This document shows, piece after piece, positions 55,033 through 64,000 of a stretch of 64,000 nucleotides of DNA. A program made the position numbers and the translations under genes. The stretch is from NCBI GenBank assembly GCA_964016885.1, contig OZ024740.1, positions 368,776,001 to 368,840,000 on the forward strand, written 5' to 3'. Under the pieces are notes generated by a model. It ran no database searches. It saw only the letters and a list, made by a program, of their open reading frames with translations, and was not told the DNA's origin. Positions within the stretch are counted from its first letter, which is position 1, and each line of letters opens with the position of its first letter. The DNA comes from Eledone cirrhosa (Eukaryota).

Positions 55033-57049
55033 CTCCTAGTTTCATGAAATTAAATAATAACCTATAAATTGTTTTTGATTTATAAACGCTAGTTGAGAGC
55101 TTTTAGAGCCTGTGAAAATATTTTTGTTCACACCTTGAATTCACCCATCTAAAGTTCTGCCAAATAACCTTCCTCTCTTGAGAGACGTCACGTGATGACA
55201 CAAGAAATGTTCCCCCTACACTAGAATGCTACGCTATCTCTTCTTATATATTATAATTTCGTATTATATAATGTGTTTACATTGAACCCTAATAGACAAC
55301 AGAAGATAGAAAAGACAAAAACATTGAAAATAGTAAAAAGAAAAAAGAGGACCTTTTCGATTCCTGGCCCACCAGCCAATTTGGGTTTTTAAAGATGTGG
55401 GACTTGTCAAGTAGCGACAGGAATATATCCGTCCTTAGAAAATGTTGTTCAGCAATTACAACCATTATGTCTCTGCCGCTGAGATCAAATGGAACAACAT
55501 TGTTGAACTTCGGCTCAAAAAGAAAACATTCTACCGTGATGGTATGTATTAAACGGGTACATTGTTATAGATCAGACGGGCTCCAATAAACTGTTAGTCA
55601 CTAATAATTTCTCTAATTTATCATACTGAGTTCAAGGTTTTTGTGTTATCAATTTGCAATGCATTGTATGTTTATTGAAGAAATCATTGTATCAGATTTT
55701 AAATGCAAGAGATAAAGCGAAATACTATATCTGCTTCCAGCACTCCCTAAGTACACGTTACTTCTCTAAAGATAGCATTAGCCGTAAGCCTTTATTGCAG
55801 CTTCTTCTGATAAAATAATATACGTTCAAATATTTACTATTGTGTGTGGTCCGGTATAATTGTCATTATATTCTCATTGATTTAGTATTAAACACACCAA
55901 GATTAAGTTTAATCTCTAGACCCTTGAAACAAATATTCACCTTTCTCATGACTATATGTGTAAATATTACCAAATTATAGTTTCTACTACGATTTTCGCA
56001 ATCTAGTCAATTATTAAATCGAGTCAACCAAAGTGCACGTAGTGATTTTCTAATTTAAAAAGGAGAAATTAAACATTTAATCATACCTAAGGAGAGGTAA
56101 ATATTGTTTCATATGTACATGTCACTGTATTTATTAAAAAATAGTTTTGTAATTATGAAGTTTCCAATAACTTTCATCTGACAATTTGGCAACGGAATTA
56201 AACGAAATATGTATAATTAATGTGAGTAATTTCTCAATTTGAAAGATTTGATTATACAAAAAATCTCATCAGTTAGACCTAACGAGTACTCTGAAATTAT
56301 TGAAAGTGAAATACTAAACTATCGGATATGCCTAACTATTCTGATGACAGAAACATGTAACTATAATTATGATTCCCTCTCTTGTCTAGAAGATTTTAAC
56401 GAAAATTGTCCAATAAAAAAATTCCGATTGTAAATAGATGACAAATAAAATCACTACTGGATATTTTGCATGAAACATTTTTCTAATATGCGAACTTTGC
56501 ACCCATTCCCATAAAGTAATCGATCATTTCAGCTCCGCTATTTTTGCAAGCTAATTAAGTAATATTAAACAACCAGTAAATTCAAGCTATTAGTTCACCT
56601 CGTCTATATCATATGGAGTTGAAAGTAATTAAATAAAGAAAACAAGATGGAATACAATAATATTAATGTTTGAACAAAAATGTAATTATTTTCACTTGAA
56701 AATACAATAGCGTTATGGCTTTAAGCTAGCGAGCATTTTAATCGTAACATTAGATATTTGTTGTGCTTTTTCATTTTTCAATATAATTTCATTTTTCGTC
56801 ACAGTTGGATACACACCATTAATGAATGTGTAACAACTAGTACACTATTAAGCAATGCTGAGACAAAGATAAATGATGTGAAGATAGGGTTGAATATCGC
56901 TATTGTTTCAGGCAATGTATTTTGCAAAGATTTAATGAAAAACAAGGAGCCCTCTAAACTATCTTATTCACTAAATGACATGCAACATTGTGGATATTAC
57001 AGAGGTATGCACACAAACAAAAACACACACACTGAGGTGCATATGTAAT

Positions 57050-58620
57050 TACACACGCACATCTTCTTCGCTCGCGTATGGCCTAGAGTGTCGTGGTGGG
57101 TGGAGTCCTCAAACACTCCAACGAGCGCGACCTGTTTGAAGCAAACATCTCCAACTGATCCGGCTGGATACCAAAAGTGACCAGCTAAGGTCATGGATGT
57201 TACCTATCTATAATAATCGAGGTTTACCCCATTGGTCCCCTGCCGGTAGGTTTCCACGTGAAGTTTGTCCAGCCATTCTTTCCTCAGACATTTTAATTAC
57301 ATGCCCATAATATCGGAATTGTGATATCTTAATTAGGAGAAGTAGCAGCACTACTTGGAGTGAATTTCTGAACTCTGACGTACACACTCTATCGAGAAAC
57401 GTTACTACGTAGGCTCTTCGACGGAACCACATTTCGACCGCTTATATTCGCGATTGTATTCATTCGGTCATTACCCAATATTTATTACCATAGGTAAGGG
57501 TAGGCTTGAATACAGAATTGAAGACAGCAAGTTTTGCTTTTAAGACTACCTCCCTTCTGATTACTGAATTCTGAAGTTGGCGCAAGACTCATCCAGCTCC
57601 TGTAATACTTACACTTAATTCACCTTCTGTTTTCTATCACTCATGTACACGGCCCCGAGATACTTGAACTGTTCTAGTGACACTCCAGTTACACGTGAAG
57701 TGCACTACACAGGCTTCCTTGAGAGGATGTGAGTCCCAGTTTTCGCGATAGTCATTTCCATTCCAGCCATGCATCAAATCTATCAAATCTGTCAAATCAC
57801 CTGGCTTCAAATCTATCAAATATGAGTCTAAGAGCACCATGTCGTCAGCAAATTCCAGCCGACTAATTGTCAACCCACCAGTCATGATACCACAACCAAC
57901 TTGGCTGCGTATGTCAATAATGCATGTAAATAATGAACGAGAGATGTGATAGTGCGCACCTTTAGTGGTTTCGTTCAGTACCATTCGTTTGAACACAAAT
58001 ATTCGGGCATTCATATAGGGAGATCAGAGCAGCAAGAAGCTGACCGTCGATCGCGTCCTCTTTTAAAACCTTCCATCGCAGATTCATCCAATCGCTCCTT
58101 TCTATGGTGACACTGTCACCGTGTGCATGGAAGTCTCCCATCAGGATATACGACTCAGTCTTAACTACATTTAGCGCTGCATTAATTTGCACCACCCACA
58201 GAGACATATCTTTTAGTATAAGCTTCAGGAGCCCAAACGGGAAGCAGTCCATAACGCATTCTGACAGCCGGTGGCTTATGAGTATTCCTTAGTCCCGGCT
58301 GTGCCATATCTAATCTGAATAGTGGATTGTCCATCCTCCATCCAAATCTAGAGTATTGGAGAAACGGAACTTTTTTGAGGAAACGCCGACTATATCCAGC
58401 TGGTAACGTGTAGCCTACTATGTTCCAGGTTCCAACTTTTAATGTCTGCTCCCTCCCAGACCGCCTTTGGGTTCTCGGGATGCGCAATCTTTTTGCGTCA
58501 CTCACACATATCCCAGGACACTATGCAGGCTAAGCGCCAGTTTTTGCGGCAAGAAATTCAGACTGTGATTTATTTTTCAAAGAGTCTTCCCTACGTGAGG
58601 TCTGAACGTGTCGCTTGTTA
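57050..58620 (-). mobile_element. Internally deleted RTE-type LINE (APE, RT and C-terminus remnants)
   Basis: LKVGTWNI, ILMGDFHAH, ISRLEFADDMVLL, VTFLDRVCTSEFRNSLQV...YYGHVIKMSEERMA. Confidence 0.85.
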
Positions 58621-61021
58621 AATCGTGCAAAGGACGGTTGGTGTAGTTCATTTATGCTTCCCTCGTGATATTGTAGTTTCAGTTTCAGTGGTCTTATTCG
58701 CCTAAGTCAACAATCCGGCACTTCGTCAAACCTGCGATCTCTAGGCATTTCTTAGATTCAGCCTTTACTCGGCCAATCGTAGCTACGTCACTGGTTTGTG
58801 AGAGTTTTCTTGGGAGCTATATATATTTATACAAAACACACAATACATAAATACATAAAATACATATACACAAATAAATATATGGTAATAGCTCCGTTCT
58901 GTTATGCATGGTTATCAGATTGATCATTATAGTTTTTTTCTCCATTCTACATTACTGAGCAATGGATGAACAGCAATCGCGTCTGTATGCAAGCATCTTT
59001 TATTTCTGCTGCCCATTCTCGCCAAGTGAAAGGCAGAAATAAAATGAATGACCTACTCATTCAATTAACATGCAAATCAATTACGTATTCTAATTATGTT
59101 TTATCGCAATGTAATCACCAAATGGACACTCTGGAGTTGCACATTTTTATTACCAACACTATCCACCCAATGGGCTATTACAAAAACTGTACGTACACAA
59201 ATCACTCACCGTGCTTTTTGAAAATAATGTTGGCCATAAAAACAAGATTCTACACAGGGAATCATTGCAAAATTCTGAACAATGCATGCTTGTGTGTGGG
59301 CTTGGTTGCATCTGTCGCATTAGGTGCATGTTACCTATAAGCATCCAGAAATTCCGATGGCATAACACTTTTAGGAAATATATTATCTCGTGTGCTATAT
59401 ATTGCTTTGCATAAATATACACATTATTACTTAAAGGAAAATAGCAACTGCAAATATTGAGGTTACTGTCGTCTAAGCACTCTATTAGTATTGCATTAGT
59501 TACCATTCATTCTATAAAAATGATTCACTAAACAGTGATAAAAATGTAGAATAAAATTATAATAATTAAAACACAAAAAAATAACTAATATTAAGATGAA
59601 ATATTTTGCAAGCTACATTTTTTCTTTAACATAATTAAATCCTTGTTCAAAAAATAATATTATTGTAACAGAAGACATAACATTTCCTTTGTATATCTTT
59701 TATTACTTTCAACTCCATGCAGTAGTATCTTAATTTAAATAATAGCTTTAATTTTACATAATCATGTCGAGAAGACTTTCCAGACGAAAAGATCGATTAG
59801 CTTTACTATGACGTTGCAAAGCATACGTATTTGAAGTTGGTGTAATTGCAGATGTATTGTGAATTTTCGGGAAGTCCATGAGACTAAGCAAGAAATCGTA
59901 CTTGTTTTATCGCTATTCTATCATAAATGAAAACGTAGTTAAGTTTATGCTAACTCTACGCAATAGAGCATAATTTAAATTTTATGAACATTTCAGCCGA
60001 GCACATCAGGAAATGTTTCGTAATGAAAACGTTCAATGCTCTGTTTCTGTATTAGATGTACACTTTTATTTGTCGTACTTATGCATATATGTATAATCAA
60101 ATATAGTTTTCTAGAAGCATTGTATATATAACGTTGAAAGATAAAGAAGGCTAAACAATGTAAAATGGACTGTAAGATAAGGTAAAGAAAAGTAAAAGTC
60201 ACTGGCAATCTTTGTTTTTCTTTTATGTGTCCAATTGGGATGAATATATATATATATACATATTTCAATATACCTGCAATATATAATATTTTCTATGAAC
60301 ATATGCATTGTCTACAGCGTGAAATGCATACAAAATAGAAGAATATACACACACACTTTTGAAACGATAGTACATGGTATATTAATAGTACCATTAAACT
60401 TGTGGGGCTAATATTAGTTATCCGTATCTAATTGAATCAGAGAATCCAAGATAGAATCGTTGTGGGAAATAATATTTAAATACGTTATTTTTTTCTGCTA
60501 TTTATGTTTTGGTGTCGCCATCAGAGACAACAATATAACTATGCACATATTAGAGTCAGTGGATTACTTTATATTGTTAAATTCAACTGCACAACTATGC
60601 TACCCACAAGCAAATCAAGGAAATCATATCATATATCATGATTTTACAAGCTCATTGCCCGACCAAACTTATATTAATCTTTATTCTCCTTACGGTGAAC
60701 AACAATTGATTGTAGCAATTCTCATGTCATACACAGACATATACAGAAGCACACGCACGTCCAATCTGATAGACATACACATACACACATACATAAACAC
60801 ATACACACATTCATCTAATAACACAACCACACAGAAGGATACATACACACATATACGTACTATGTACATATATTGCGTAGTAATTAAAAGATTGAACTTT
60901 CTTAAACTGACTAAATTAAAGTAAATAATGTTTCATTGTGTACTGATGATGCCACTTCTAAGACAAGTTTATCATGATAACAATCCATCATTGTACATTT
61001 TATTATATATACATATACAAA

Positions 61022-61108
61022 GCCCGCCGTGGTTAACTTTGCTTTCATCCTTAAGGGGTTGATAAAATAAAGTACCAGTAATGCACTGGGTAATTGCCTG
61101 CCTTGTTC
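61022..61108 (+). mobile_element. 5'-truncated tRNA-SINE
   Basis: ctttcatccttaaggggttgataaaataaagtaccagtaatgcactggg core. Confidence 0.8.
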
Positions 61109-61155
61109 CAAACGTAGAAACAATTATATATACATATATATTGGTGTGCATGTGT

Positions 61156-61199
<44 letters not shown>

Positions 61200-62238
61200 G
61201 GTTCTACAACCCTCGCCAAAAACATCAGGGAACTTAAGGACAAAAACATCGACTAAAATATCAAGTGGTCGAGGCTGTCGCCCACAAGGGCTTACAGTAC
61301 CGGTATGTCCAATTGTAGGCTCTGCGACCTTGAATTACTGTATATCCTTAGGAACGATAAAAGGCTACTTAACGACAAAATAAAAAGGTCAATTTTCTGC
61401 AGACAGAGGATCGCTACTAAATTCACAAGATTTAAGCCACCATGATTCGAACCAACATAACTTAGCATTCAACATTGAAATCCGCACTCTCACACAGACC
61501 ACAACAGAACTATAATATTCTTTAAACAGCTTCTAGCCTCATTAATTCTATACCACAGTAATGTCTGCAAATATCTTATCAACCCATAAATATATCTCTT
61601 CTCGGCTGCTGTCAACACCACTTCCTCACTCTTGATTTTCAACAGATGAACTTAATTCTAAGTACATTATTTGAATACTACCACAGTCCTTGAAATATCA
61701 CCTTACTCCTGTTGTTATAATGAACACCCCAATGTATCTGTAATAGTATTCATCATGTGCTCTCTATATATACCTTGCTTTCTTAACCTCTGTATTACCG
61801 TATTGCCTATTTTGTTGTTGTCTTATTCATGCATGATTTGTTATTGGAGCTGTGAAAGCTAAACAACGACCATGATTCGAAGGAACAGTCCCTTCATGTA
61901 ATATAGACCACTTAAATAATGAATCCGCTTTACACCACATAAAAATTACCATCCTCATTACAATGAACATATTTTATCTGTCAAAGAATAAATTAGTCTT
62001 ACGGTCAGCAAACCTACAGTAAAGTAAATGGCCCATAATGTCATGCCCTAGGTTATCTCTACACTATATATAATATACCCCATGACAGCTTTTACATGTC
62101 AATTTCATAGATCTGTTTCGTATCAGCTCGTTTTATAGCTAAAGTAATCAGTATACTATATTTCATACTTAGATTGATGTTGTGATTATTTTAACTATTT
62201 ACTATCTAGCTAATTTATTTGAGTATCGTTATTATTAT

Positions 62239-62422
62239 TGGCAGTATCGGTAGGGTGTCGGACGCCATGCTTTCGAGCATAGTTACGTCCCTTTACAATC
62301 TGACTTCAAATCCCGCCGAGGTTGACTTTGCCTTTCATCCTTACGGGGTCGATAAAATAAAGTACCAGTAATGCACTGGGAAATTGCTGGCCTTGTGCCT
62401 AAAAGTAGAAACAGTTATTATT
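62239..62422 (+). mobile_element. tRNA-derived SINE nested in the PLE 3' UTR
   Basis: tggcagtatcggtag...gacttcaaatcccgccgaggttgactttgcctttcatccttacggggtcgataaaataaagtaccag; ttattattg at both ends. Confidence 0.88.
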
Positions 62423-62483
62423 GTCCTGATTTAATGACACTACTATATATAGAAGCTATGCCTGTGTATTTCTTTCATTCTCT

Positions 62484-62596
62484 CATGCTCTGATGAATAG
62501 ACTGATTATAACAAAGTATTGGTGATTGATTGACGCAAAAACAGGCAGGTAGCGATATCTAGACCTACCAGTTTAGAGAAACGATTGTCAGCAATG
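62484..62596 (+). ncRNA. Type I hammerhead with intact core and a 64-nt loop in stem II
   Basis: catgct-CTGATGA-a tagactg [64 nt] cagttta ga-GAAAC gatt GTC-agcaatg. Confidence 0.75.
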
Positions 62597-62647
62597 TGAA
62601 TAAAGCCGCTATTGTATACCAAACCATGCCACTCTTCGGTCTTGACT

Positions 62648-62788
<141 letters not shown>

Positions 62789-62881
62789 ATAATAATAAAA
62801 TTGAAGACTAAAATCCAAAGAGGGCTCTATAAGGAAAATATATATCAAATATATAAGAACCGAAGAGCAAATATTTATTAA

Positions 62882-64000
62882 AATAACAGATTAAAGTTTA
62901 AGCAAAGAATCGCTGCTTTCCCCCTTATTCGGCTTATTAACCCTACGAAGTCCGATTTAGGTAGACTTAGTAAAACGATTCTTGATAGAATTATACCTGA
63001 AATTAGAAGTTTGGCCCCTCTCGCACTGTGGAACAATTCTTTCGCGGTGATTGATTGGTTCAACGGCATATGTAACAAGGAACATTGCCGTTTTATCCAA
63101 TTCGACATCAACAATTACTACTCCTCCATCATTTTACCACTTCTCCTTAGAGCTATCAATTTGGCTAAAACACTCACAGTTGTTAAGGATTTCGAAGTTG
63201 ATGTCATCCTTAATACCCGAAAGTCGGTGATTAATTTCGACGACTCTATTTGGATTAAAAAATCCAATAGTACCCCATTCGACGTGAGTATGGGCGCCAG
63301 TGACTCTGCGGGGGTTACTGATCTTATTGGCCTTTTCCTTCTTTTCTCTATCAAGGACGAATTCCCCAACGCGGGCGGTGGTTTGTACCGTGACGATGGT
63401 CTTTTGACCATGACTAAGTGCGGACCTCGTGCTTGTGACAGATTCAGAAAAGAACTCACAGCCTTCTTTAAAGGCTTCAACCTCTCTATACAGGTTGAGG
63501 CCAATCTCTCGGTCGTTAATTACCTCGACGTTACCCTCAATTTATTGAATGGGTTGTATTACCCGTATAGAAAGCCGAATGATACGCTTAATTACATAAG
63601 TAAGCATTCCAACCATCCTGCCAGCATAACCAAGAACCTGGTAAAAAACGTTTCGTTGAGGCTTTCCCGTCTTTCCACCAACGAGCGCATTTTCAACGAC
63701 CATTCCACTTATTACAATGAAGCTCTTGCTCGAAGTGGATTTGTCGATAGGGTAGCATATACAGAGTACGAGAATAGACCTAGAAGAAATAGATCCCGTC
63801 GCATTTGTTGGTTTAACCCACCATATATTATGGAGGTGACCACACCATTAGCTAAGATCTTTCTTTCCCTTATTACGAAGCATTTTCCCCCTACACATAA
63901 ATATAGTAAAATTTTTAATAGAAACACTAACATTTCTTACTCTACGACTCCTAACCTTGCACATAACATCACAGCTTCAAATTTAGCTAAACTACCTAGC
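62882..64000 (+). mobile_element. Hydra-clade-like PLE reverse transcriptase, 5'-truncated; stop-free 373-codon frame running off the window
   Basis: IRLINPTKSDLG, FIQFDINNYY, FDVSMGASDSAGVTDLIG, GLYRDDGL, YLDVTLNL, SNHP, WFNPPY, KIFNRNT; missing from the ORF track, probably because it has no stop. Confidence 0.93.

Larger units (their letters stand above)
61196..62647 (+). mobile_element. Hydra-clade-like PLE 3' fragment (GIY-YIG C-terminus plus 3' UTR/pLTR)
   Basis: STTLAKNIRELKDKNID*NIKWS...AYSTGMSNCRLCDLE...LLN...FCR; between (TG)n and (TA)n tracts. Confidence 0.8.

Overview
AT-rich eukaryotic DNA with dense (TA)n/(CA)n microsatellites. The SINE and mariner families look like those of octopod cephalopods (inference). 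No host protein-coding gene can be supported, and the many YIYI/CVCV ORFs are microsatellite artefacts. Penelope-like retroelements (PLEs) of several types dominate (Hydra-like, Neptune-like, Penelope/Poseidon-like and one more), most bounded by (TA)n tracts and several carrying inverted copies of their 3' ends. Also present are four non-autonomous Helitrons, LINE fragments (RTE-type, APE/CR1-type, R4/Dong-type RLE), a mariner remnant and tRNA-SINEs. Manual reading finds about 18 type I hammerhead ribozyme (HHR) motifs, intact or decayed. Highlights: two non-coding retrozyme-like arrays of tandem HHR units (285-nt and 454-nt cleavage-to-cleavage spacing), a U3-A8 compensatory core variant in three copies, an HHR with a 64-nt stem II loop, and a spliced two-exon STPR-repeat mini-ORF kept in two Helitron copies. 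All calls were made by eye and boundaries are approximate unless stated.
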